Assembly (NCBI RefSeq): GCF_009914755.1
Contig: NC_060926.1
Source: the human T2T-CHM13v2.0 reference genome, Homo sapiens
DNA length: 64,000 nucleotides
Reading direction: 5' to 3' (one strand)
The notes under the pieces are model-generated. The model had not been told where the DNA came from. It made no database searches and saw nothing but the letters and a program-made list of their open reading frames with translations. Of the stretch, positions 13,836-29,952 are shown piece after piece. The translations under genes were made by a program, and so were the position numbers. Numbering within the stretch: position 1 is the first letter of the stretch; every line of letters begins with the position of its first letter.

Positions 13836-15092
13836 CTTTAGCCTCAAAGGGAAGGAGAATACAAATATTTAAGGAACTGATTAAAACTTAAGAAACATGA
13901 AATAAAAGAGATGAGAAATAAGTCTTCCTGAAGGAATACTACCTGCCCCCCATACTGGGTCGGCATTCCTTATCGCACTTTTCTTAATTGTGTTTGTATA
14001 GTCTGGGATGACTAGCCATTTAATTCCTGTTTTGTTTCCATAGTGCCAGAACAGGGCACAGTACCTGGCATATAATAGGTGCCAAAAGTTATTCTTCTAC
14101 TGTGTTACTGTGTTATGAATGAATTAGTGTAGTCACTTCCCAGATTCTGGAAGTTTTTCTACTATTAAGTTTTTATCCTGAAGGCAATTAAAATCCACTG
14201 AGGATTTTAAACAAGTACATGACATGATTAGATTTGAAATATTACGTGTATATTTAGAGAATGCAAGGGGGTAGACAAAAAAAGACTGGGGCTAGGGAGT
14301 CAGTGAAGAAGCTATTGGTTATTTAAGCAATATTCAGGGAGTAGAAATTTTAGAATGGGTTGGCCAATGACCATCAACAGTAGAGAATAGGGGTATTAGA
14401 TCTAGGGATTGAGAGAAAAATACAGAACAGATTCTCAGAATTATGATTTGGAAGATTTGTTGGAGTGTGGTGCCATTAAGTAAATTTTAAAATAATGGTA
14501 TAATAGAATGCTTTATATTTCAAAATGACAGGTGCCCAGTTTGCTACCTATATAAATTGGCTCTTTGATGATTTCATCCCTGCAATCATCCTCAGTGAGG
14601 TCACTATAACTTACTCAAAAAGGAGTTGAGAAAAGCATAATATACTTAGGTTTGTGATAATGTTTCATTATCAGGTATAGCACTGATTCAGCCAAATCAC
14701 TACAATTGATTTATGTAAGTGAATTTTGCAAAAAGTGAAAAAGCCCTTTAAATATGAAATCTTTTGGTATTAATTTTTGTATAGAAATTGTGCTAAAATG
14801 CATCACATACTTCCCTAAAGTATTTTCAGATTTTGCCAGTCATTCTGAGAATAGATACAAGCATCCTCATTTATCCAATTAATAAATTGAGACTCAAAAA
14901 GGTTGACTGACATTTCTAGTGTCACCGTTTTGAACTGTCAGTCTGAAACCCAAGGGTTTTTATTCTAAATCTGGCTTCTTTCCCCCTTGCTAAACTACCT
15001 CTATGTATATTGTGATATTATCCAGTAATGTTCTCTTGAATATATGGAAATTAATTATAAAGACAAAAGAACAACCAAAAGTTAAAATATGA

Positions 15093-15315
15093 CCTGAGAG
15101 GCTGAGGAGGCAAGAGGATTGCTTGGGACCAGGAGTTTAAGATTAGCCTAGGCAACAAAGCAAGACCCGTTTCTAAAATATAAAACAGAATTGGCTGGGT
15201 GTGGTGGCACACATCTGTATTCCCAGCTACTCCAGAGGCTGAGGTGGGAGGACTCCTTGAGCCCAGGAGTTTGAGACCAGCCTGGGCGATATAGCAAGAC
15301 TCTCCATCAAAAAAT
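15093..15315 (+). mobile_element. 5'-truncated old Alu-family dimer with a FLAM-like second arm
   Basis: Two Alu monomers joined by an A-rich linker. TSD GTTAAAATATGA (15081-15092) / GTTAAAATACGA (15316-15327). Confidence 0.8.
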
Positions 15316-15382
15316 GTTAAAATACGAATTCTGATAAACTCATGGCAAAGGTAATAACTTATTTCCCTGGGGCAGCATTTTT

Positions 15383-15554
15383 TCCCATAAGTTATTGGGG
15401 TACAGGTGGTATTTGGTTACATGAGTAAGTTTAGTGGTTTTTGGTGCACCCATCTCCCGAGCAGTATACACTGCACCATATTTGTAGTCTTCTATCCCTC
15501 GACCCCCTCCCACTCTTCCCCCCAAGTCCCCAAAGTCCATTGCATCATTCTTAA
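15383..15554 (-). mobile_element. Heavily 5'-truncated L1PB-like 3' end
   Basis: ataagttattggggtacaggtggtatttggttacatgagtaag...ccccaaagtccattg. Perfect 13-bp TSD GGGCAGCATTTTT at 15370-15382 and 15555-15567. Confidence 0.85.
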
Positions 15555-15584
15555 GGGCAGCATTTTTCAATGAGGAAGTAAAAC

Positions 15585-15800
15585 ATGGTGTTATGGAGAG
15601 AATATGAGCCTTAAAGTCAGGTAAACTTGGGTTTGAATTTGGGCCCTGCTACATACAGTGTGGTAATCAACAGGATTTCAACACATCAATTTTCTCATCT
15701 TTAGAATGAATCTGTTATCTAACTGATAGGATTGTTTTAAGTATTAATATCTTTTGATGCATAATTTCTAGCATGAAGCCTGGCACTGTTAAATGTTAGT
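15585..15800. mobile_element. MIR
   Basis: aagtcaggtaaacttgggtttgaatttgggccctgc...caattttctcatctttagaatg...aggattgtt...gcctggcac. Confidence 0.6.
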
Positions 15801-17166
15801 TTTCCTTTCTTCCCCATAGTAGAGTTGATTTTAGGAGCAAGGATTTTAGCTTTTGTATATTACAGCCTTACTAAACTAGGTAACTGCCTGGTGGTATGAA
15901 GGACTTTACTAACCTTGGTAAAAATAAAAAATTACCATGCAGTTTGGAAGAACTAAGTACATAGACCAAAAACAAGAATCAGTGTTTTCCTGCTTCTACA
16001 AATCCACAGTTTGACTCTTGGCAGTCAGCCTCACCAAGGTTGCCCCACCTTAACAAGTGATGCCAAAAAAAAAAAGTTCCAAAAGGAGAACAAGACAACT
16101 CAGCATTCGGTACGTCCATTTTCCAGATTTATGTCAACAACTAGAGAATATCATTTGGTTTTCTTCTAGGATCAAAAAGCCATTAGCTTCTATGCAGTAT
16201 GTGGTTTTTCACTCACTGCAGATCTTGTTTAAGCACATTCTCACTCTGAACTGATTAAGTGCTGCTTGATTTCTGGATGGCAGTTGCTTATAAGTTATAA
16301 TATTTCTTAGTTATAATAGTTTCTTAGTTATTGTGCAGAATCCACAATGATGCTTACCTTGCATACAAGATGATGTTTTTATCTGCAGAAGTCATCTTTG
16401 ACCACACTACCCACAGATCTAGAGTAAAAAGACACCACAAATGGCTGAAAGTGTCAACATAAATAACTATCAATAAATGTTAAGGAATGTGGCAAAGCAT
16501 TTGGCTTCTTGTGTCTTCCCAACCTATCAGAGCTAACTATGGCTATTATTGTCAAAAGTGATGCTCCCGGTTTAGTTATATACAGTATTTATAAAGTGCC
16601 CATCACCATGGTATCTAAACACTTGGGCAGTCTAATTAGGCTAGTCAATTACTTGTGCAAAAGTAGAAGAGGTACCCTTCCTTATATCCCACTCCACTGG
16701 AACCAATTTGATTGTGTTTTTAAAAGCAAGAAAAGCCTTCTGTGAGAATAGCTTTTTAGGCCCCTTGTTCCAAGATGAAAAGACTGTCTGGGTAAAGAAA
16801 TGACTGTTTCTTATTCCTTGAAGGTGATAATGTTCTGAATCAAGCAACTCTCCAGTGGTAGAAAACACCACAGCCCAGAGATCTTGATTGAGAACATTTT
16901 ATTCCCTTTTCTTTTGAACTTCACTCTGGGGGCAGGTAACGGAAAAGTGCTTTCTAAAAGCAGTTCACCTGCATGTGAATTATTTCCAAAGCCTTCCTTG
17001 GTGAGAAAACTGTGTTCTCTCCTGGCCTCCTGAGTCAGAGAAAGAGTACTCCTCCTCTTCAGGACATTTAACTGGGTCAGACCTAAAGCAGAACTTGGTC
17101 ACAAAGACCTCCCTTCTGACTTCTATTTTGGACAGACATGGACAAGGTTTCTAAGACAAAGTTTCT

Positions 17167-17167
<1 letters not shown>

Positions 17168-17197
<30 letters not shown>
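17168..17197. repeat. (GT)n microsatellite
   Basis: About 15 uninterrupted GT units. Confidence 0.95.
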
Positions 17198-17199
<2 letters not shown>

Positions 17200-17287
17200 G
17201 AGTGAGGACATGTTATCCATTAGTAAAATCACTAATAAACATTTTTAGAATTTATTGTTGATCAAATACTTTAAAAAAGCTATTTGT

Positions 17288-17688
<401 letters not shown>

Positions 17689-18694
17689 TCAGGCTAAAGA
17701 ACAGTTGTCTTTTTGTACTAGCAAGATTTCTTCCTGGAATTTATTATGAATTCAATTTGATATGAATCTAATTTACATGATATCTTATTTCATAATGTTT
17801 TTCATAGCTATGTAAAAATCAAGTCAACATGGCCTGTAATGTTTCAAAGTATAATTTAAAAGTTCAGAGAACTAGCATTTTACCTTGAAAATGAGTAAAC
17901 TATTGTTTTGTTCTCTAGTCATTCCACCTATGTCTATCATATCGCTTATTGCTTAATTCAGATTTTAAACAGTCTTATTTTCCTGTCATTTCTTCATGTC
18001 ACAGTCTCTCCCCTCCTGATTTGATTTGTTGATTTGTCATTGATTTGTTCCTATTGTGGCCTTGGGACATAATTTCGAGACTTTGTTCAGTTCAAATTAT
18101 TTCAGTACCTCAGTCCTTCTGATTCTGTTCCTTCAGTTTGGTGTTCCTGTTTTGTATTCATTCCCTGTCATAACAGTTCTCTCCTATCTTTCAATATACA
18201 TTTTTTGAAAACATCCCTATGCGGCCACATCAGTTCCTTCAGTAACTACTTTTCTTTCTCATCAGAATCATTTGAAATTGTAATTCCCAGAATTTCATCT
18301 TTTAGAGCACTGGATTCCTCTTGAGCCATCTTCCTGTACAGAAATTCTTACCAAGGGATCTTAATTTGTTCTCTGGCCATTAAAATGATGGTTGCAATTA
18401 TTGAACATCTACTTCATGACAGGAATTTTATGTGCATTATCTTGTTTACTCTCTACCACTCTCTTATAAGCTAGGTTTATCTTCATCGTACCAATGTGAA
18501 GACTAGAGTTCATAGAAGACATGTATAGGCAGTAATGGACAGAGCAGGGTAGAACTTCGGGTGTATTTGTATCAAAAGCCTATACTCTTAACCATTATGT
18601 TCATATCTTGTATCTCAGAATTAAACTTTCCTAATTATTTTCTCCTGTAAACTACTGAGAGACTTCCAATTATTCTTATGTTGGTATCAAGTAC

Positions 18695-19230
18695 TGTGTC
18701 AGTTGGATAGGGTTTAGCTGTAATTGACAGAAAATCAACTCAAAAGGGTTTAAGGAAAGAGGCAATTTTTTGGCTCATGGAACTAGATATCCAGAGGTAG
18801 GGTAAATTACAGGGTTTGTTCATATGGGGATTCAAAGATGGAGATCACAGACTCAGGCCCATTTTTTTTTCTGCTCTGCCACCTGTAGAGCTGGCTTCAT
18901 CCTAATGCTGATTGCAGCATTGTGGAGAATGCTCACCAGTAGCAACACAAACCATGTCCTTCCTCTGTCACTTCTGGTAAGAGATAGAGGAGGGCATTTT
19001 TCAGGAATCTCAAACAAACACTTCCTTTCACTTAATTGATTTGACTTCTATCACGTGCCCATTTCTTAATATAGCTAGGAAATTTCCATTTGAGTTAATC
19101 ACAGCTTAATCTCGAATCAGGGACTGAGTTCGGCTAATGATGAGTCCTATAATAGATCACTGAACAATACCAGAATTCTCTTTAGAAAGAGAAGGAGAAG
19201 AATAGATGTAGGATAGACAGTCAACAGTAT
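18695..19230 (-). mobile_element. Old MaLR LTR (MLT1-type)
   Basis: tgtgtcagttggatagggtttagctgtaattgacagaaaatcaactcaaaagggtttaa...ggctcatggaact; approximate ends. Confidence 0.55.
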
Positions 19231-19498
19231 CTCCTGCCCAACTCACTGACTACCTATCAAGCACATGCACCCTTCTGTTCAACATTTACTTTCACAGCCC
19301 TCGTATCTACTTGAAACCACTCACTGCTCATGCAACCTCATACAGCTACTCTTCCATATATGTTCCAAATATAGCTGGCTTCAAAAATCAGAGGTGTGAT
19401 GTGACTTTTCTATCTTAACAATAGCTATCCGCCACCAAAGCACTTAAAATTTGTAAGTAGGGAAAAAAGGGATAACAATAACTAAAATTTCTATTTGG

Positions 19499-19645
19499 TG
19501 GGGATCTAATATGCGGCATAGGGGGTGATGGACATGTTAATTACTTTACTTGTGGTAACTATTACACAGTGTATACATTTATCAAATTATCACATTGTGC
19601 AGCTTAAATATATTCATCTTTATTCATTAAATTTTTTTTAAAAAA
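19499..19645 (+). mobile_element. Short L1MA-like 3' end
   Basis: ggtgatggacatgttaatta...gtatacatttatcaaa...cacattgtgcagcttaaatata plus A-tail; TTCTATTTGG repeated on both sides as a TSD. Confidence 0.7.
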
Positions 19646-21075
19646 ATTCTATTTGGAAAAGTGAGGAGCTTATGGTAGTTTGTGTGATATTCTGACCAAG
19701 AAGAGTGTGTCTTTCATGCCCTGGCTGGGTAGTGATTTCCTGGGTCAGCCAGTCTGATAGCTCTTAGTTCTACTTTCTGAAAGATTCTTAGGTATCCATT
19801 GCTTTCCACAGTCACAGGTGAGAAAGGAGGACATTCTCTAGCAGTATCCCTTCCAAGCCACTACCGCCCTAGGGGCTAGTGGAGACATTAAGGAGTTGTC
19901 TGCCCTTCCTAGGCAGGCATGGGTTTATGTGGTAATACAGGCCCTTTTAAAAATTTAGAAGACTTCTGGTTTGTTTCTAGTCTATTTATCAGCTTTCATT
20001 AGTTCTAGAAGTCTTTTGTGGGAATTCTGGAAATACCCATGTCTTAGCAACTAGTTTCTGTGTTCTGCCCATTTCTCTGGCACTTGGTTTAGTCAATGCT
20101 TTTTATCTTGGAGTTTTTTTTTCCCCCAAGAGAATTTGAAGTAATAAGTGGGTGTTCATCTTAAGGAAACATGCTAGAAGTAGCCACCATGGGCCAACAT
20201 CCTGAATTTTGAATTTTTCCTACCATTGTTCCTAATCTGTGGGTAGACACGTGGTCTGTGTTCCAAAATACAACAGATGTGAGTCTCAAATGTTTTGCTG
20301 CCATGTGACAAGAATAATTGCAAACTTCATAGACTAGGATGATGGGGTCCTTCATCCCTTCCATGCTAACTCTTCCACTCAAACTTACCTCTCTGTAAAA
20401 CCTATTACTTAAAGTGTACCAATTTGATCTGTTTTTTTTAAATTGTATCAATACATTCCTCCTTCCTCCTCCACATTCTGTATAATTCTTCAACTGTTGA
20501 ATGTCTTTCCTATTCTGTAATCCCAGAAATTTTAGGAGACAATGGGAATTCCAATTGCATTTGGGGAAAAGTTGTTTTTGCCGATACTGCTTTCAAGCAG
20601 ATACCAACGTTCCATAGTTTTTGGCAGAATTTGGGAACCAACAAAGGGAAATGTACCCTAACAGATTAAAGCAGGGTTAGTGGTTTAACCTGTCTAAGAA
20701 TCAAAGGGTTGGAAACAAGGAAGACTTTATTTTAAAATCGTAAGAATAAGAATGAACCCTAAAATGAACACTTTATGAATTATTAGGAGATCATTTCAGG
20801 AAATTACTCACTTAGCGACAGACCTGTGTAAAACTCAATGAACTGTACATGTGATGGATCTCCACTGGGGTCATCTTGATTTGAGTACCAGTATGATAAA
20901 TTGAAAAGTAAGGGCTATGTGCTTAAAGAAAAGATTGGGCTTACCATACGTTTCCTTGAGATAAATCTTCTCCTAATTAATGACCTTTTACCTAGGAGTA
21001 GAAACAACAAAGAGAGTTTGTGATGGCCAGCAAATAACACAAGGCTGTGTCCTCATTGTATCTCATCCCACGTTC

Positions 21076-21560
21076 TATTAGTTTTCTATTGCTGTTGTAA
21101 CAGATTACCACAAACTTAGCAACTTCTTACAGTTCTGTAGTTTAGAAGTCTGGCACTGGTCTCACTGGGTTAAAATCACAGTGTTCTTAGAACTGTGTTT
21201 CTGTCTGAAGGCTCTAGGGAGAACCCATGTTCTTGCCTTTTCCAGTTTCTAGAGGCCTCCCACATTCCCTAAACTGGGAATAACCAGCTTCCTGCATCTT
21301 CAAAACCAGCAACGTTGCATCTCTCTGACATTCTTCCATTCTCATGTCTCTCACTGACCACAACAAGGATTTCTTTGCTTTTAAAGACCAATGTGATCAG
21401 ATCAGGCCCACCCCAATAATCCAGGATAATCTCCTCACCTCAAAGTCCTTAACTTGATCACACTTGCAAAGTCCCCTTTGCCACGAAGATAGCATTTTCA
21501 TAGGTTCCAGAGATTAGGATAGGGCCATCATCATTGAAGGTCTATTATTCTGCCTACCAC
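21076..21560 (-). mobile_element. MaLR LTR, MLT1D/C-like
   Basis: tattagttttctattgctgttgtaaca...cttacagttctg...aataatccaggataatctcc...ttattctgcctaccac. Confidence 0.8.
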
Positions 21561-21738
21561 GTTAAGTCGATATAACATTGCTTACATGATAAACACTTGA
21601 AATGTGACATTGTTTTTATATAGATTAATAAAACAAAGAATGTTCAATTAATGTCAATTATGAATAGAGGGAGAAGGAATAAATGAGAGAGACAAGGGTA
21701 CAAAAAAAGTATGTCTTCTTAAGGAGTATGTGTTCTTA

Positions 21739-22230
21739 TTAAGAAAATAAGATTTTAAATGATGACTCCTTGAAAATAAGTGCTCGGGAGGAGCCAAGAT
21801 GGCCGAATAGGAACAGCTCCAGTCTACAGCTCCCAGTGTGAGCGACGCAGAAGACGGGTGATTTCTGCATTTCCATCTGAGGTACCGGGTTCATCTCACT
21901 AGGGAGTGCCAGACAGTGGGCACAGGTCAGTGGGTGCGCACACCGTGCGTGAGCCGAAGCAGGGTGAGGCATTGCCTCACTTGGGAAGCGCAAGGGGTCA
22001 GGGAGTTCCCTTTCCGAGTCAAAGGGGTGACGGACGCACCTGGAAAATCGGGTCACTCCCACCCGAATATTACGCTTTTCGGACCGGCTTAAAAAATGGC
22101 GCACCACGAGATTATATCCCGCACCTGGCTCGGAGGGTCCTACGCCCACAGAGTCTCGCTGATTGCTAGCACAGCAGTCTGAGACCAAACTGCAAGGCGG
22201 CAGCGAGGCTGGGGGAGGGGCGCCCGCCAT
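21739..22230 (-). CDS. L1 ORF0, C-terminally extended to 163 aa by a frameshift
   Basis: MAGAPPPASLPPCSL...FSRCVRHPF matches ORF0, with the ATG at 22230 in GCAATGG context. It continues DSERELPD... to TAA at 21739 (part of ORF-track entry 21739..22299). Translation is not demonstrated. Confidence 0.55.
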   Translation of the reverse strand: MAGAPPPASLPPCSLVSDCCASNQRDSVGVGPSEPGAGYNLVVRHFLSRSEKRNIRVGVTRFSRCVRHPFDSERELPDPLRFPSEAMPHPASAHARCAHPLTCAHCLALPSEMNPVPQMEMQKSPVFCVAHTGSCRLELFLFGHLGSSRALIFKESSFKILFS

Positions 22231-22681
22231 TGCCCAGGCTTGCTTAGGTAAACATAGCAGCCGGGAAGCTCCAACTGGGTGGAGCCCACCACAGCTCAAG
22301 AAGGCCTGCCTGCCTCTGTAGGCTCCACCTCTGGGGGCAGGGCACAGACAAACAAAAAGCAGTAACCTCTGCAGACTTAAATATGCCTGTCTGACAGCTT
22401 TGAAGAGAGCAGTGGTTCTCCCAGCATGCAGCTGGAGATCTGAGAACGGGCAGACTGCCTCCTCAAGTGGGTCCCTGACCCCTGACCCCCGAGCAGCCTA
22501 ACTGGGAGGCACCCCCCAGCAGGGGCACACTGACACCTCACACGGCAGGGTATTCCAACAGACCTGCAGCTGAGGGTCCTGTCTGTTAGAAGGAAAACTA
22601 ACAAACAGAAAGGACATCCACACCAAAAACCCATCTGTACATCACCATCATCAAAGACCAAAAGTAGATAAAACCACAAAG
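21786..22681. promoter_or_regulatory. L1 5' UTR: CpG-rich internal sense promoter and antisense promoter (ASP)
   Basis: YY1 site AAGATGGCC intact at 21796-21804 and many CpGs retained. The first SOX site reads AACATAG instead of AACAAAG (~22251); the second, AAACAAAA (~22350), is intact. Confidence 0.85.
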
Positions 22682-23697
22682 ATGGGGAAAAAACAGAACA
22701 GAAAACTGGAAACTCTAAAACGCAGAGTGCCTCTCCTCCTCCAAAGGAACGCAGTTCCTCACCAGCAACGGAACAAAGCTGGATGGAGAATGACTTTGAC
22801 GAGCCGAGAGAAGAAGGCTTCAGACGATCAAATTACTCTGAGCTACGGGAGGACATTCAAACCAAAGGCAAAGAAGTTGAAAACTTTGAAAAAAATTTAG
22901 AAGAATGTATAACTAGAATAACCAATACAGAGAAGTGCTTAAAGGAGCTGATGGAGCTGAAAACCAAGGCTCGAGAACTACGTGAAGAATGCAGAAGCCT
23001 CAGGAGCCGATGCGATCAACTGGAAGAAAGGGTATCAGCAATGGAAGATGAAATGAATGAAATGAAGCAAGAAGGGAAGTTTAGAGAAAAAAGAATAAAA
23101 AGAAATGAGCAAAGCCTCCAAGAAATATGGGACTATGTGAAAAGACCAACTCTACGTCTGATTGGCGTACCTGAAAGTGATGGGGAGAATGGAACCAAGT
23201 TGGAAAACACTCTGCAGGATATTATCCAGGAGAACTTCCCCAATCTAGCAAGGCAGGCCAACGTTCAGATTCAGGAAATACAGAGAACGCCACAAAGATA
23301 CTCCTCGAGAAGAGCAACTCCAAGACACATAATTGTCAGATTCACCAAAGTTGAAATGAAGGAAAAAATGTTAAGGGCAGCCAGAGAGAAAGGTCGGGTT
23401 ACCCTCAAAGGGAAGCCCATCAGACTAACAGCGGATCTCTCGGCAGAAACCCTACAAGCCAGAAGAGAGTGGGGGCCAATATTCAACATTCTTAAAGAAA
23501 AGAATTTTCAACCCAGAATTTCATACCCAGCCAAACTAAGCTTCATAAGGGAAGGAGAAATAAAATACTTTACAGACAAGCAAATGCTGAGAGATTTTGT
23601 CACCACCAGGCCTGCCCTAAAAGAGCTCCTGAAGGAAGCGCTAAACATGGAAAGGAACAACCGGTACCAGCCGCTGCAAAATCATGCCAAAATGTAA
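22682..23697 (+). pseudogene. L1 ORF1 (RNA-binding/chaperone protein) with a 1-nt deletion near codon 8-9; open from Met35 to the normal stop (304 aa)
   Basis: MGKKQNRK then shifts frame (AGAAAACTGG versus consensus AGAAAAACTGG). 22783..23697 reads MENDFDE...QNHAKM with REKG, ARR and YPAKLS motifs present. Confidence 0.95.
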
Positions 23698-23760
23698 AGA
23701 CCATCAAGACTAGGAAGAAACTGCATCAACTAACGAGCAAAATCACCAGCTAACATCATA

Positions 23761-27588
<3,828 letters not shown>

Positions 27589-27932
27589 ACAATGAGATCA
27601 CATGGACACAGGAAGGGGAATATCACACTCTGGGGACTGTGGTGGGGTGGGGGGAGGGGGGAGGGATAGCATTGGGAGATATACCTAATGCTAGATGACG
27701 AGTTAGTGGGTGCAGCGCACCAGCATGGCACATGTATACACATGTAACTAACCTGAACAATGTGCACATGTACCCTAAAACTTAAAGTATAATTTAAAAA
27801 AAATTAAAAAATAAAAAAAAAAAAGAAAAGAAGTGCTCAAGGGAAGTTTGTTAATTTAATCTTTGGGAAAATGCAATTTATCATAATTTGTGATAACTTA
27901 TTATAAAATTTCAGAAAAAAAAATACACTGAT

Positions 27933-28214
27933 GGCAGGGCACGGTGGCTCCCACCTGTAATCCCAGCACTTCAGGAAGCCAAGGTGGATTGCTTGAGCTC
28001 AGGAGTTTGAAACCAGCCTAGGCAACGTGGTGAAACTCTCTCTACCAAAAATACAAAAATTAGCCAGGCTTGGTGGCATGTGCCTGTTGTGCCATCTACT
28101 CAGGAAGCTGAGATGGAAGGATCACCTGAACCCAGGAAGTTGAGGCTGCAGCGAGCTATGTTTGCACCACTGCACTCCAGCCTGGGTGACAGAGCAAGAC
28201 CCTGTCTCAAAAAA
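27933..28214 (+). mobile_element. AluJ
   Basis: Dimeric Alu with J-type GCTTGAGCTCAGGAG and GAGGCTGCAG, followed by an A-tail. Confidence 0.9.
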
Positions 28215-29294
28215 TACATATATAAAAATATATTTTTTAAAAATACATATTTTTAAAAAGAGAAACATTTAAAAAAAAAAGTTGAAGGAGAAAGGGTTGA
28301 AGCATGTTTTGTAGATTTAGTAATTTTAGAATGGGAACTAGGTAACACTGTTCGCAAATCTGAAATGAAGTCTAAGTTTCAAATCTCATAGGATAGAAAG
28401 TACTGTGTAGATATTCAGATTTATCTGGATCTTGACAATATGTTGATGTAACACTCCCATCACTTCCTAAAGGGTTACCTTACTGCCTTGATTCTATTTT
28501 CTTTTTTTTTTTTTCTTTTTTGATCATTGCATTGTTTTCAGCATACAGAGCAAAGTTAGGCGGCAGCTTTCAGCTCTGAATGGCTAATGAATTGTTCATC
28601 TGTGTGTAGAATCTCCCTGGTGCAAGCTCTGTGTGAGTCTCTATTCCTCCCTATTCAAAGATGACATCGTCAATTGTGGTGATCCTACCCATGTATGCAG
28701 ATCCAGCTGAAAATACAAATGAGAGACTAGCATTCCTTTCTAAAACCCATGCTTTAAACTATGTCCTTTGTTTGCAGGTGCAATTAGCTAGTTTGACAAG
28801 CCTGTTATCTGACTCTTCTTTTTTATACAGCCTACATGACCATCTCAGTCTAAATAAGTCACCCCATTTCTTTTTCTGCAGTTCATCTGTCAGTTATTTT
28901 CTTGTCTTAGAGAAGCCTGAAGTTCTGATATACTTGTGGTTCAAATCACTCTTATTGCAATCCTTTGATGAGTAATTTCAGCTTTCCATCTGAAGCTAAA
29001 TACATAGACAATTCCAATGAAACTCTTCAAGAATTCTCCATAAAATCAAGGATCTAGGCCACAAAATTATTCTGATTTATACCACAAAATTTGGTTCCAA
29101 TAATATTTCCCAAAGAGGAAGGATGGGAGAAAAATTAAATTCATTTAGAGGTAAAATATAATTTAAAAGAAATAGTCTTCTCTCTATAAAAGAATCAGAA
29201 TTTTAATTGTTTTTTAACATTGGAATTGGTAACCAGGTTGAAAGTCTAAACTATCAGGCCTCAGACCCCTGAGCTTAAACCTTAAAACCTTAAT

Positions 29295-29530
29295 TATAGC
29301 TAACATTGATTGAGCATTTATGGACCAGGTGCTAATCTAAGCACACTAAAAGTATCCACTTAAACTTCACAGCAACCCTAGGAGATAGATAGTATAATTG
29401 TCTCTATTTTTCAGATAAGAAAATTTCAGGTATAGAAAACTTATTTACCTTATTCAGCTGCCCAGTAGAAAGGCTTGTGTTCAAACTTCACCTGTGTAAT
29501 GTCAAAGCCAGCTTCCTTACCCACTGTACT
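29295..29530. mobile_element. MIR
   Basis: atagctaacattgattgagcattta...cacagcaaccctaggagatag...ctattttttcagataagaaaa. Confidence 0.65.
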
Positions 29531-29809
29531 ATATTACCTCTCCCATGTCTCCTATTTTGAGGCATAGTTGGACATGAATCACTTACCTATACCAAGATGG
29601 AACCCAGTGAGGAAAGCACAAACTTAGATCTAATGCCTAGAACAGTGCCTAGAGTACAGCAGATTGAATGAATTAATGAATGAACAAACTAAACCTCCCA
29701 TGTTATGGCTCAGACCTTTGAAGGACAGCCACAAGTATAGGTACCATGTGGAAATTTTAAAAGGTAATGATAGCAACAGCCATGGTTTGTTGAACTACAT
29801 TTCCTAGTT

Positions 29810-29952
29810 CACAGATGACACCTTCTAGCTGTGTCCCCACAATGCTGGAAGGGGCAAGGCAGCTCTCTGGGGCCTCTTTCATAAAGGCACTAATCCCATT
29901 ACCTAATTAGGTTTCAACATACGAATTTTGAGGAAACACAAACATTCAGATC
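29810..29952 (-). mobile_element. MLT1A-like LTR fragment
   Basis: ctctctggggcctctttcataaaggcactaatccca...gtttcaacatacgaattttgaggaaacacaaacattcaga. Confidence 0.7.
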
